DNA from: Candidatus Omnitrophota bacterium
Lineage (GTDB): Bacteria > Omnitrophota > Gorgyraeia > Gygaellales > Profunditerraquicolaceae
Direction of reading: 5' to 3'
Assembly: GCA_011620275.1 (NCBI GenBank)
Contig: WOZK01000004.1
Span: 21,931 to 85,930, forward strand
DNA length: 64,000 bases
Each line of letters begins with the position of its first letter. Position 1 is the stretch's first letter. The notes under the pieces were generated by a model. The model saw nothing but the letters and a program-made list of their open reading frames with translations, was not told the DNA's origin and did no database searches. This document shows positions 1 to 9,477 of the stretch, in pieces. Position numbers and translations under genes: made by a program.

Positions 1-187
1 ACGTCTCTGTTATCCGCGTATAATATCCTTCCGACTGGCGGGAAACCCGTTCCAGCAGGCCTTCCGGCGCCTGCCGGTAATAAAGCAGAAAATGACGGCT
101 GCCGGTGGTCAGCCATTTTTCCTCGGCGGAACGCGCCGGGCAGGCGGAAAAAAGCAGGACCGATAAAATTAATATATACTCTTTCAT
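1..187 (-). CDS. 5'-partial (N-terminal part only) hypothetical secreted protein or lipoprotein (MKEYILILSVLLFSAC...). Its ATG overlaps the murG stop (TAATG). The rest of the gene lies beyond the window edge.
   Basis: Minus-strand translation from 187 gives a Met, a hydrophobic signal peptide and a lipobox-like LFSAC. It is translationally coupled to murG. The family is not recognised. Confidence 0.3.
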   Translation of the reverse strand, partial: MKEYILILSVLLFSACPARSAEEKWLTTGSRHFLLYYRQAPEGLLERVSRQSEGYYTRITET

Positions 188-1290
188 TAACGGCATGTCA
201 AACTAATTATTTCTTCCGCCAGCAGGCCGGCGGCGTCCCCGCCCGCCCCCGAAGCGGTTTTGCTCCGCCCGCGTCCGAAAAGCGCTTTTTCCAGAATCCT
301 GCGCAGGGCTTCCGGAGAGACCTCGGCGTCGGCAATCACCTCCGCCATGCCTGACCGCTTGAGGACCCCGGCATTGGCGTCCTGATGCTTGCCGGCGAAC
401 GGATAAGGAATAATGACCGCCGGTATTTCGTAATAAATTATCTCGCTGACCGTCATCGCCCCGGCGCGCGAGATTATCAGGTCGGCCGCGCTGTAGGCGT
501 ATTCCATCGAAGCCAGGAATTCGAACACCCTGGCATCCGCCCCGCATCCGGCATAAGCCTCCTTGACCGCGCGGTAATCTCTGCTCCCGGTCAAATGTAT
601 TATCTGTAATTTGTCGCGCTCTTCCAATAGGCTCACGGCGCGCACGAAAGAATCATTTATCCGGGAGCTTCCCTGGCTGCCGCCGGTGACCAGCACCGTG
701 AACTTCCTCGCGTCCATTCCCAAGAACGCCGCGGCTTCTGCCCGCTCCACCTTACGCAGACAGGAACGCAAAGGATTGCCTGTCAACACCGCCTTAGCGC
801 CGGCGCGCCCCAGGCGGCCGATAGTCCCGTCGAAGGAAACCGCGATTCTATCGCATAAATACGAAAGGAATAAGTTAGCTTTCCCCGGAATAACGTTCTG
901 CTCGTGTATAATGGTCCTGATCCCCAGCAGGCGCGCCAGTAATACCATCGGTACGGAACAAACGCTGCCGAATCCGGCGACGACGTCCGGACGGTAATAG
1001 ACCAGCAGAAAAAAGCTCTTTAGAAAGATCATAGGCAGATACAATAAAACGGCATATCCACCCAGGGCCCGGCGCAGCGCCGGCGGCGGATAAGGCAAAG
1101 CGGCGCTCCTCAGTCCGGCGCACTTTCTTTCCGCGGAAGGCAACGCGGCCTTTTCCGGCAAAACCAACACAGCCTCTGTCCCCCGCGCTCCGGCGCAAAG
1201 GCGTTCAATAACGCTTACAGCCGGGAAAATATGCCCTCCGCTCCTGCCGGTAACTATCAACACGCGCCGCGGGCGCCCGCGGTTCATCAC
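187..1290 (-). CDS. murG: UDP-N-acetylglucosamine--N-acetylmuramyl-(pentapeptide) pyrophosphoryl-undecaprenol GlcNAc transferase MurG
   Basis: The N-terminal motif LIVTGRSGGHIFPAVSV matches the GT28 MurG glycine-rich loop. Length is 367 aa. It sits at the end of the dcw cluster. Confidence 0.9.
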   Translation of the reverse strand: MMNRGRPRRVLIVTGRSGGHIFPAVSVIERLCAGARGTEAVLVLPEKAALPSAERKCAGLRSAALPYPPPALRRALGGYAVLLYLPMIFLKSFFLLVYYRPDVVAGFGSVCSVPMVLLARLLGIRTIIHEQNVIPGKANLFLSYLCDRIAVSFDGTIGRLGRAGAKAVLTGNPLRSCLRKVERAEAAAFLGMDARKFTVLVTGGSQGSSRINDSFVRAVSLLEERDKLQIIHLTGSRDYRAVKEAYAGCGADARVFEFLASMEYAYSAADLIISRAGAMTVSEIIYYEIPAVIIPYPFAGKHQDANAGVLKRSGMAEVIADAEVSPEALRRILEKALFGRGRSKTASGAGGDAAGLLAEEIISLTCR

Positions 1291-2381
1291 GGATATTCTC
1301 CGGTCCTGGCGATGTTCATCAGTATCCCCACGGCCACGATATCAAAGATCAAAGAAGACCCTCCGTAGCTTATGAACGGCAACGGCAGTCCTTTTGTCGG
1401 CAGTAGCCCGCAGGAAACCCCGATGTTAATCAACGTCCTGATGCAAAGCAGCGAAACCAGTCCGAGACTGAAGAAATAACTGAACTTATCGGGCGAATTC
1501 TTTATTATCTTGACGCCCTGCAGTATAAATCCCATGAACAAAAGCACCACCCCCACCGTTCCTATAAGGCCGAGTTCCTCTCCGATAATGGAAAAAATAA
1601 AATCCGTGTGAGCGGCCGGGAGATAAAAAAGCTTCTGTTTGGAATGTCCCAGCCCAACCCCGAAAAAACCGCCGGACCCCAGAGCGACCTGCGACTGTAT
1701 GATCTGGAAACCGGTGCCGCGCGGGTCGGCCCAGGGATTGAGGAACGCCAGTATGCGCATCTTACGGTAAGGCACCCGGAAGATCAACAGATAGAGAGCC
1801 GGTATGGACGCCAGAAACAACGATAATAAATAAGATACCCTTGTCCCGGCGACGAAAAGCATGATAAGCACGGTAACAGCCAGCGCCACCACCGTCCCCA
1901 GGTCCGGCTGGGCGAGTATCAACACCACCGTGCAGCCCATTGCCGCCATCGGAGGGAAGAAACCTTTCCAGAACGAACGCAGAAGATTATCCTTGCGAGC
2001 GATAAAATCGGCTATATACGCTATCAGCGCCAGATTGGCCAATTCGGAAGGCTGGAAACTTATAAACCTAAAACGGAACCACCTGCGCGCTCCGGAGACC
2101 TCGCGGCCGAACCCGGGGACCAGCACCAGCACCAGTAACAACAGGCAGACCAGAAGCAGAGGTTTGGAATAACGGGAGAATTTTCGGTAATCGGAGACCA
2201 TGGCCAGAAACGCCAGCAACATCCCGAACAGCAGAAAACAAATGTGCCTCTTCACGAAAAAAAGGCTGTCTTTATACCTGTCCAGCGCGTAGATACTGGA
2301 AGCGCTGTAGATCATGACAACGCCGATGCATATCAAGGCCACCGTCACGGCAAAAAGTGTTATCCTTATATTCCTTATCAT
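1287..2381 (-). CDS. ftsW: SEDS-family peptidoglycan glycosyltransferase FtsW
   Basis: Polytopic membrane protein with conserved FtsW/RodA segments (GSGGFFGVGLGHS..., PAAHTDFIFSIIGEELGLIG). It lies between murD and murG. Confidence 0.88.
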   Translation of the reverse strand: MIRNIRITLFAVTVALICIGVVMIYSASSIYALDRYKDSLFFVKRHICFLLFGMLLAFLAMVSDYRKFSRYSKPLLLVCLLLLVLVLVPGFGREVSGARRWFRFRFISFQPSELANLALIAYIADFIARKDNLLRSFWKGFFPPMAAMGCTVVLILAQPDLGTVVALAVTVLIMLFVAGTRVSYLLSLFLASIPALYLLIFRVPYRKMRILAFLNPWADPRGTGFQIIQSQVALGSGGFFGVGLGHSKQKLFYLPAAHTDFIFSIIGEELGLIGTVGVVLLFMGFILQGVKIIKNSPDKFSYFFSLGLVSLLCIRTLINIGVSCGLLPTKGLPLPFISYGGSSLIFDIVAVGILMNIARTGEYP

Positions 2382-3643
2382 GGCCGTTCCCCCAGCGCGG
2401 AGAACTCCGCCTTGAACGCTCTCCCCCGCTCTTCATAATTGGTAAACATGTCGAAACTGGAGCACATGGGAGACAACAGCACATAATCGCCCGTAGAAGC
2501 TTCCCGGAAGGCCCTTTGCACCGCGTCCGGCAACCCGGCGGCGTATTCCACCGGCACGCAGCCGCCCAGGCAATCCCTTATCTTGTCTTTCGCCTCGCCT
2601 ATCAGCAGCAGCTTTTTGACCTTCCTCTTCGCGGCTTTGGCTATCAACGAATAATCGCATCCCTTGTGCCTGCCTCCGGCGATCAGGAACACCTTCCCCT
2701 TTATGTTGTTCAGGGCCCACAGCGCAGATTCGGCGGTGGTCGCCTTGGAATCATTGATAAACTTTACCCCGCGCTTCTCCCCCACGAATTCGAAACGATG
2801 CTCTATGCCGCGGAAATCTTTAAAGACCTTCGCGCAGAGATCCGGAGTTATCCCGAGCAGTGAAACCGCGGTCTTTACCGCGCTTTGATTCGGATTCAAT
2901 CCTTCTTCCTCGCGGAAATAAACGGTCCTGGAACGCGCCTCTTTTCCCAATCCGCGCAAATACCGGTCCGAAGGATTGAGCAAAAGAAAATCCCCGTCTC
3001 CCTGGTTCAAATAAATGCGTTTCTTCGCCTCGAGGTATTCCCTCATCCCCGGGTACCTGTCGAGATGATTCCTGTTTAAGTTCAATATCACAGCTATCCA
3101 TGGCCTGAAATCGCGTATCGTCTCCAGTTGGAAAGAACTAACCTCCAGACAGACAAAATCTTCGGCGGCCATTTTTTCCACCTCTCCGCAGAAAGGAGTC
3201 CCGATGTTGCCGCAGACAAAAGCTCTTCTCCCGGAAGCCTTTATGACTTCCCCGATAAGAGTGGTAACAGTGGTCTTGCCGCTGGAGCCGGTGACCGCGA
3301 TCACCCGAGACGGGCAAAGCATATACGCGACTTCTATTTCTCCTATCACCGGTATGCCGGCCTGCGCGGCGAAACTGAAAACCTGGCTTTGCGGACCCAC
3401 TCCCGGAGAAACCACTACCATTTCGCTTCCGTCAAGAAATTCACGCGTGTGCCGCCCTAATTCGACCTCGATATCGGAAGAACAAAGTCCGCCCGCCGCC
3501 GTCCTGGTGAGCGTATTGTCGCAGGCGTCGGTCACTCCCACACGCGCGCCTATCCTGTAGAGGAGATTAGCGCAGGCGACGCCTGAACGCGCCAGTCCCG
3601 CGACCACGATCTTCTTCCCTTTGAAAAACTCCCGGTTTTTCAT
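2378..3643 (-). CDS. murD: UDP-N-acetylmuramoylalanine--D-glutamate ligase MurD
   Basis: N-terminal Rossmann motif KKIVVAGLARSG, Mur ligase P-loop GSSGKTT, 421 aa, dcw synteny. Confidence 0.9.
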   Translation of the reverse strand: MKNREFFKGKKIVVAGLARSGVACANLLYRIGARVGVTDACDNTLTRTAAGGLCSSDIEVELGRHTREFLDGSEMVVVSPGVGPQSQVFSFAAQAGIPVIGEIEVAYMLCPSRVIAVTGSSGKTTVTTLIGEVIKASGRRAFVCGNIGTPFCGEVEKMAAEDFVCLEVSSFQLETIRDFRPWIAVILNLNRNHLDRYPGMREYLEAKKRIYLNQGDGDFLLLNPSDRYLRGLGKEARSRTVYFREEEGLNPNQSAVKTAVSLLGITPDLCAKVFKDFRGIEHRFEFVGEKRGVKFINDSKATTAESALWALNNIKGKVFLIAGGRHKGCDYSLIAKAAKRKVKKLLLIGEAKDKIRDCLGGCVPVEYAAGLPDAVQRAFREASTGDYVLLSPMCSSFDMFTNYEERGRAFKAEFSALGERP

Positions 3644-3683
3644 CTCTCGTCTTTCATCCTTGTAAAACAGGTTCTTAATGCTT

Positions 3684-3770
3684 GGAAATCGAAAGTAGAA
3701 AATTGGCCGCCCGCACTGAAGCGTTAGCGGACTCTGTGCGCTGTTTAAGAAACTTATTTAACAGCGCACT
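3684..3770. repeat. ~90-bp intergenic repeat element (family 4) with an internal 11-bp perfect hairpin (GCGCTGTTTAA...TTAAACAGCGC). Copy 1 is in the murD-mraY gap.
   Basis: About 85% identical to the reverse complement of 55215..55302. Core shared string AAATTGRCCGCCCGCACTRAAG..TTAGCGGACTCTGTG. A 16-mer ATCGAAAGTAGAAAAT also recurs near 40170 on the other strand. Confidence 0.6.
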
Positions 3771-4860
3771 ACCTCAACTTCAGCGTTACCAGCGCTAGCA
3801 GCGCCAGAAGTCCGGCAACTATCCAGAAACGCACGATCACCTTGCTCTCCTGCCAGCCGAGAAACTGAAAATGGTGGTGCAGCGGGGCTATCTTGAATAT
3901 GCGTTTGCCGGTCAATTTGAAAGAAGCCACCTGCAGTATCACCGAAAGCGCCTCCATAACAAACACGCCCCCGATGACGATCAACAACAGCTCTTTCTTT
4001 ATCAACAGCGCGACCGTGCCGAGCGCTCCGCCCAGAGCAAGAGATCCCACGTCTCCCATGAATACGGACGCAGGATAACAATTGTACCATAAAAAACCCA
4101 GCCCGGCGCCGAGTATGGCGGAACAAAAGACCGACAGCTCCCCGGCGCCTCTTATGTAGGGAATAAAAAGATAACTGCTGAAACGAATATTGCCCGCGAG
4201 ATAACTCAATACCCCCAGCGCTAAGGCGGCCATGACCACGTTCCCGGAGGCAAGGCCATCCAGCCCGTCGGTCAAATTAACCGCGTTGGAGGAACCGGCG
4301 ATGACCAGCGCGGAGAATAATATATAAAACACGCCCAGGTCTATTGTGATCTCCTTCATAAAGGGAATGTCCAGGGCGGTCCCGTACTGGCCGTCTAAAA
4401 AAATAACGAACCCCGCTATCAACCCTACCGCCAGCTGGCTCGCGAGTTTCTGCGCCGCGCTCAGGCCTTTGGAACGCTTCCTGGCCTGCTTTAGATAATC
4501 GTCCGCGAAACCGGTAAGCCCGAGCCAAAGAGTGACCGTCAAAGCGATAATAATGTTCTTGTTAAGCGCTTCCGACCAGAGCAGCGTGGAAATGAAGACA
4601 GCCGCCAGTATAAATATCCCGCCCATAGTGGGCGTATCCTGTTTGTTTATCTGCAGTTTGTAAAGTTCGAGGCTCTCTTTATTATTGCGGATGTTCTCCC
4701 CTATCTTCTGCCGTCTGAGCATATTTATTATCCGCGGGCCGAGAATCAAACTGAGCAGGAACGCGGTCAAAGCCGCCATCGCCGCCCTGAAAGTGATGTA
4801 ACGGAATACGTTGAAGAACGCTATTTCTCCATGCAGGGGATAAAAAAGGTAGTATAGCAT
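3769..4860 (-). CDS. mraY: Phospho-N-acetylmuramoyl-pentapeptide transferase MraY
   Basis: NLTDGLDGLASG motif and polytopic membrane protein. The likely true start is MLYYLFYPLH at 4860, with a GGAGG SD 5 nt upstream. The ORF-track extension MCPRNKTQ... is read-through of the REP-like repeat cluster. Confidence 0.9.
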   Translation of the reverse strand: MLYYLFYPLHGEIAFFNVFRYITFRAAMAALTAFLLSLILGPRIINMLRRQKIGENIRNNKESLELYKLQINKQDTPTMGGIFILAAVFISTLLWSEALNKNIIIALTVTLWLGLTGFADDYLKQARKRSKGLSAAQKLASQLAVGLIAGFVIFLDGQYGTALDIPFMKEITIDLGVFYILFSALVIAGSSNAVNLTDGLDGLASGNVVMAALALGVLSYLAGNIRFSSYLFIPYIRGAGELSVFCSAILGAGLGFLWYNCYPASVFMGDVGSLALGGALGTVALLIKKELLLIVIGGVFVMEALSVILQVASFKLTGKRIFKIAPLHHHFQFLGWQESKVIVRFWIVAGLLALLALVTLKLR

Positions 4861-4890
4861 AAGCCTCCGTGTAAAAGCTCGTTGCGTCTT

Positions 4891-4980
4891 ATTCCGGGGA
4901 CACATTACTTAATTATACGGGGACACGATACTTTAAAAGTATCGTGTCCCCGGAATTCAAGTATCGTGTCCCCGGAATTC
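4891..4980. repeat. Cluster of four copies of the 23-bp REP-like element in the mraY-murF junction. Two are forward, and two are inverted and tandem. The inner forward and inverted pair form a perfect hairpin (CGGGGACACGATACTT-TAA-AAGTATCGTGTCCCCG).
   Basis: Direct reading gives attccggggacacattacttaat, cggggacacgatactt, aagtatcgtgtccccggaattc and aagtatcgtgtccccggaattc. The last copies encode the final 7 codons (EFRGHDT) and the stop of the murF ORF. Confidence 0.85.
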
Positions 4981-6330
4981 GAACACTTTCTCCATCCGCA
5001 TCCCGCGAGAACCTTTGACCAGCACGAGGTCTCTGCAGGTAACCTTAAGCGTATCGCGCAGGATACCGGCTGCCTGCGCGGAATCGGCGCAGCAGAATAT
5101 CTTCTCCGCCGCGAGTCCCGCATCCCGCGCAGCCCCGGCAGCGACGCTGGCGAGCCCGCCGACAGCCACGAGGACATCGCATACCCCGGCGGCCAGCGCT
5201 CCGGCCAGGCGATGGAACTCACCGGAGGTCGGCCCCAGTTCCAGCATATCCCCCATCACCAGTACTTTTCTGCCTACGGCGGTCATCGTCCCCAAAGCCT
5301 CTACGGCGCGCTCAAACGAAAGCGGATTGGAATTATACGTATCGTCTATGAATACCGTTACATCGCTTTTAAGCAGGCTCATCCTGCCGGCCGGAAAATC
5401 AAAACCGCCTAATTTAGCGCATATCCGATCGTAATCTATACCGAGTATCCTGCCGACTGCGGCCGCGGCCAGGGCGTTATAGACGTTATGCGCCCCTATG
5501 GTCTTCAACCGGCACGGAATTTTCCTCCCGCGCCCAATCAGGAACTCCGCTCCGCGCCGCGTGGTTTTTACTCCGGAAGCGATAAAATCGGCTCCCGGAG
5601 ACATCCCGTAACCGAATGCCCGGCGCCTCTTGATTAGCGGAACCAGCATTTTATCGTCGGCATTAAGTATCGCTACCGCCGGGCGGCGCAAGTATTTTAA
5701 CAGAGACGCCTTCTCTTTAAGGACCCCGCTCAAACTGCCGAAATGTTCCAGGTGAGAAGGCCCTATATTGGTAATAACGGCAATTGTCGGCCTGCAGACC
5801 GCGGCAAGATAAGCGATCTCGCCCGGGTGATTGCTCCCCAGTTCAAAGACGGCCGCCTGGTGCGAGGCCTTCAATTCCAGCAGCGCCAGCGGCATCCCGA
5901 TATGATTATTCCTGGTGCCCCGGTTTTTCAACACCCTGTAACCGGCGGAAAGCGCGCAGGCGATCATATCCTTGGTTGTGGTCTTGCCGTTAGAACCGGT
6001 CACGGCGACCACCGGTATATCAAAACGCATTCTGTGGAAATACGCGATAGCGGAAAGCGCCCTGACCGTGTCTTTTACCACGACCACGGCCGGACCTGAC
6101 GGTATCCCTGAAAGACCGCGCCTTGCCGTCACCAGACAGGCAGCGCCTTTGCGCGCCGCCTCCGCCAGAAAATCATGCCCGTCGAAATGCTCCCCTTTGA
6201 CCGCCACGAAAACCTGGCCCGGCACGACAGAACGGGAATCTATAGAGACACCGAGCATACTCCTCTCAACGCTGCCGGGACGAGCCAACCTTCCACAGGT
6301 AGCCTTTAGGATCTCTGAAAGCGTAAACAT
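4957..6330 (-). CDS. murF: UDP-N-acetylmuramoyl-tripeptide--D-alanyl-D-alanine ligase MurF
   Basis: N-terminus MFTLSEILKA...SIDSRSV.PGQVFVAVKGEHFDGHDF, P-loop VTGSNGKTT, 457 aa. The 3' end runs into the REP-like cluster. Confidence 0.88.
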   Translation of the reverse strand: MFTLSEILKATCGRLARPGSVERSMLGVSIDSRSVVPGQVFVAVKGEHFDGHDFLAEAARKGAACLVTARRGLSGIPSGPAVVVVKDTVRALSAIAYFHRMRFDIPVVAVTGSNGKTTTKDMIACALSAGYRVLKNRGTRNNHIGMPLALLELKASHQAAVFELGSNHPGEIAYLAAVCRPTIAVITNIGPSHLEHFGSLSGVLKEKASLLKYLRRPAVAILNADDKMLVPLIKRRRAFGYGMSPGADFIASGVKTTRRGAEFLIGRGRKIPCRLKTIGAHNVYNALAAAAVGRILGIDYDRICAKLGGFDFPAGRMSLLKSDVTVFIDDTYNSNPLSFERAVEALGTMTAVGRKVLVMGDMLELGPTSGEFHRLAGALAAGVCDVLVAVGGLASVAAGAARDAGLAAEKIFCCADSAQAAGILRDTLKVTCRDLVLVKGSRGMRMEKVFEFRGHDT

Positions 6331-7775
6331 TCCCTCACAACCTCTCTATCGTCGAAATGCAGTTTTTCCGCGCCGATTATCTGGTAATCCTCATGTCCTT
6401 TACCGGCGACCAGCACGATATCCCCGGCCGCTGCCATATCCAAAGCCGCGGCTATCGCTTCTTTCCGGTCGGGCACCACTCGGTAATTATCGCTTTTCAT
6501 ACCCTCTTCTATGGCTGAGATTATCGAAGCCGGACTCTCGGAACGCGGATTATCATTGGTAACCAGCGCGTAGTCGGAAAGCTCCGAGACTATCCCTCCC
6601 ATAAGAGGCCGCTTCTGCCTATCCCTCTCCCCTCCGCATCCGAACACGGTGATGATGCGCCCGGAAGATAATTGTCTGAGCGACGAAAGGACCTTTTCCA
6701 GCGCGTCCGGAGTATGCGCGTAATCCACGTAAACTGAGTAGCCGCGCGGGGAATCAATACGTTCCATTCTCCCGGGGACATAAGAGAAACTCTCCAGCGC
6801 GGTTTTGAGCGTTTTCCTGTCTATGCCGGAACACAAGGCCCAAACGGAAGCCGCCAGCGCGTTGTAAACGTTGTGCCGGCCTACGAGAGCCGTCCGGAAC
6901 GACTCTCCGCAGTCCGCGCCTTGCACCGTGATCCTGAAACTGCTCTCCTGCCCGGAAAGCCGGATGTCCACGGCCCGAAAATCTGAGCCTTCCAGCAGGC
7001 CGTAACCGTTCACCGCGGCCGCGGTCATCCCGCACAGCCTGCGTCCGCGTTCGTCGTCGGTATTTATGACGCAGAACGCCTTACCGGAAAGCCCGGAGAA
7101 CAACAGCGTCTTGGCCCGGAAATATTCTTCTTCCGTTTTATGGTAATCAAGATGATCCCGGGTCAGGTTCGTGAAGACGGCGGAGTGGAATTCCACGCCC
7201 TCCGTCCTGCGTTGATCGAGCGCGTGTGAAGAAACCTCCATAACCGCGTAAGACGCTCCGTTTTCATACATAGACGACAAAAGCCTCTGCAGTTCCACGG
7301 CGCCGGGGGTGGTGTTGGTAGAAGGCAGGACTTCTTCTCCCAGCCTGTAATTCACCGTGCCTATCACGCCGGCCTTTGCCCCGGAACAGGCAATGATATG
7401 CTCCAGCAGATATGTCAGGGTGGTCTTGCCGTTGGTGCCGGTTATACCCGCCACCTTGAGTTTCGAAGAAGGCTCACCATAAAAACGCGACGCCAGCCTG
7501 CCCGCGGCCGTTCTCGGATCTTCCGTTACCAGGCGGGCCACGCCCGCCGGCAGTTCCTCGAGCGCTTTGACATTCCCGGCTACGACGGCCGACGCGCCTT
7601 TAGAGACCGCCTCCGGGATGAACCTGTGCCCGTCCGTTCCGCAGCCGGGCACCGCGATGAAAAGCTCTCTCTTGATAGCGCGCCTGGAGTCCACGCATAT
7701 CCCGCGGATATCGCAGTCCGGACCTTCGTCAATCCTCGATACCGTCGTTCCCGAAATCAACCTGCTTAACTTCAT
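6306..7775 (-). CDS. murE: UDP-N-acetylmuramoyl-L-alanyl-D-glutamate--2,6-diaminopimelate ligase MurE
   Basis: P-loop GITGTNGKTT, 489 aa Mur ligase, dcw synteny between ftsI and murF. Confidence 0.9.
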   Translation of the reverse strand: MKLSRLISGTTVSRIDEGPDCDIRGICVDSRRAIKRELFIAVPGCGTDGHRFIPEAVSKGASAVVAGNVKALEELPAGVARLVTEDPRTAAGRLASRFYGEPSSKLKVAGITGTNGKTTLTYLLEHIIACSGAKAGVIGTVNYRLGEEVLPSTNTTPGAVELQRLLSSMYENGASYAVMEVSSHALDQRRTEGVEFHSAVFTNLTRDHLDYHKTEEEYFRAKTLLFSGLSGKAFCVINTDDERGRRLCGMTAAAVNGYGLLEGSDFRAVDIRLSGQESSFRITVQGADCGESFRTALVGRHNVYNALAASVWALCSGIDRKTLKTALESFSYVPGRMERIDSPRGYSVYVDYAHTPDALEKVLSSLRQLSSGRIITVFGCGGERDRQKRPLMGGIVSELSDYALVTNDNPRSESPASIISAIEEGMKSDNYRVVPDRKEAIAAALDMAAAGDIVLVAGKGHEDYQIIGAEKLHFDDREVVRECLRFQRS

Positions 7776-9477
7776 TTAACTTCCAGACCTCCTCGACCGA
7801 CTGTTTTGTCTTAAGATACCGCAAAGTGTCGGATACCACGTTCCTGAACACCGGGGAAGCGACCACTCCGCCGTAATAATAAGGCCGCGGTTCGTCGAGC
7901 ACTACCGCGACCACCAGCGCCGGTTCCTCGGCCGGCGCGAAGCCGACGAAAGAAGCGGTGAATTTACTGTGAGAATACCTGCCGTCCGGATCCAGCTTCT
8001 GGGCGGTCCCGGTCTTGCCCCCGGCGGTAAACCCCGGGACCTGGGCGAGCTTGCCCGTGCCGTGCTGCACCACTCCGGTGAGTATCTTGCGCATCCTGGC
8101 CGCCGTTTCCGCAGAGATCACCTGCCGGATCGCCTGCGGTTTGAACTCCTGGATTGCCTCACCGTATTTATCCCTCACCTCGCTTACCAGGTAAGGCTTC
8201 ATCAAAGTCCCGCCGTTGGCGATAACCGAAAAAGCGCAGGCCAGTTGCAAAACGGTCACACCGATCTCCTGTCCCATCGGCATCGTGGCTATCGATATCT
8301 TCGACCATTGTCTCGGGTTCTTTGTCACTCCGGAGATCTCTCCGGGGATATCCACTCCGGTCTTGGCGCCGAAACCGAACAGCTTGATATAACGGTAAAA
8401 CTCCGCCGGCCCGAGCTTCTGGGCGATCTTGGAGGTGCCGATGTTGCTCGACTGTTCAATCACCTCGCTGAAAGTCAGCCAACCGTGCGAACGGTGGTCG
8501 TGCAGGACGTGGCTGGCTATGCGGTAGGATCCGTTCTCACAAAAAAACTTCTCGTCCTCCCGGCTTTTCTTTTCCTCCAGCGCCCCGGCAGCCGCGACTA
8601 TCTTGAAGACCGATCCCGGCTCGAACATATCGCATACCGCGCGGTTGCGCCTGCTGTCCTGGGCGGAAGACGAATACTCGTTAAGGTCGAACGTCGGCCG
8701 GTTTGCCATAGCCAGGATCGCCCCGGTATGCGGATTCATCACCACGATACTCCCGCCTTTGGCATTGCTCGATTCGTAAGCCTTCTGGAGTTCTCGTTCG
8801 GCGATGTACTGGATCACGCCGTCGATGGTCATCACTACGTTGTCGCCGTCTTTAGGCAGAACCATGTTTTCCCATATCTCAAGCCGTTTCTGCCTGGCGT
8901 CGCGCAAGAAATAAGCCCAGCCCCCCTCGCCCTTGAGATATTTGTTATATAAAAGTTCGTTCCCCTCCAGCCCGTTATTGTCTATGCCGGCGAACCCTAT
9001 CAGGTGGCTGGACAGGTAACCGTTGGGATAACAGCGTTTACTTTCTTTAACGCAGCCGACACCCTTGATATTAAGCTTCCTCACCTCTTCGCTCTGCTGC
9101 GGCGTCATCTTTCGCTGCAGCCAGATGAAATATTTTTTTCTCCCCAGGCGCTCGCTTAAATAAGAACGTTCTACCCCGAGTATAGGCGCCAGCTGTTTTA
9201 TCGCGCGCTCCTTGTCCGCTGAAGACATCCCCGCAGGCGAGGCGAAGAGCGAATCCGCCGGTATGTTGATGGCCTGCGGCCGCATATTGATGTCGTATAT
9301 CGTCCCGCGGCGCGGTTCGAGCTCGACATAAAGGTTATGTTGTTTACGGGCTATCGAGGCGAGGTATTCCGAGCGGAAGAACTGGATGAACAACAACCGT
9401 GCTACGCAGAGAAAAAAAAATAAGAAAAACAGAAAAAAGACCGCATTAAAGCGGCGGCGGTAGGCGGCTATATACAC
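7729..9477 (-). CDS. ftsI: Peptidoglycan D,D-transpeptidase FtsI (class B PBP)
   Basis: N-terminal membrane anchor, PBP dimerisation region and transpeptidase domain. 582 aa. The apparent start codon is GTG at 9477. Confidence 0.85.
   Translation of the reverse strand: MYIAAYRRRFNAVFFLFFLFFFLCVARLLFIQFFRSEYLASIARKQHNLYVELEPRRGTIYDINMRPQAINIPADSLFASPAGMSSADKERAIKQLAPILGVERSYLSERLGRKKYFIWLQRKMTPQQSEEVRKLNIKGVGCVKESKRCYPNGYLSSHLIGFAGIDNNGLEGNELLYNKYLKGEGGWAYFLRDARQKRLEIWENMVLPKDGDNVVMTIDGVIQYIAERELQKAYESSNAKGGSIVVMNPHTGAILAMANRPTFDLNEYSSSAQDSRRNRAVCDMFEPGSVFKIVAAAGALEEKKSREDEKFFCENGSYRIASHVLHDHRSHGWLTFSEVIEQSSNIGTSKIAQKLGPAEFYRYIKLFGFGAKTGVDIPGEISGVTKNPRQWSKISIATMPMGQEIGVTVLQLACAFSVIANGGTLMKPYLVSEVRDKYGEAIQEFKPQAIRQVISAETAARMRKILTGVVQHGTGKLAQVPGFTAGGKTGTAQKLDPDGRYSHSKFTASFVGFAPAEEPALVVAVVLDEPRPYYYGGVVASPVFRNVVSDTLRYLKTKQSVEEVWKLNEVKQVDFGNDGIED

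Noticed and set aside
7969-8952. Long plus-strand ORFs (such as 7969-8952, 38629-39936, 21325-22125, 24485-25645) lying antisense to conserved genes.
   Set aside because: They sit entirely within well-supported minus-strand genes (ftsI, glmU, the STAS-PilZ gene, lpxI). They show no recognisable motifs. Long antisense ORFs are expected in GC-rich DNA.
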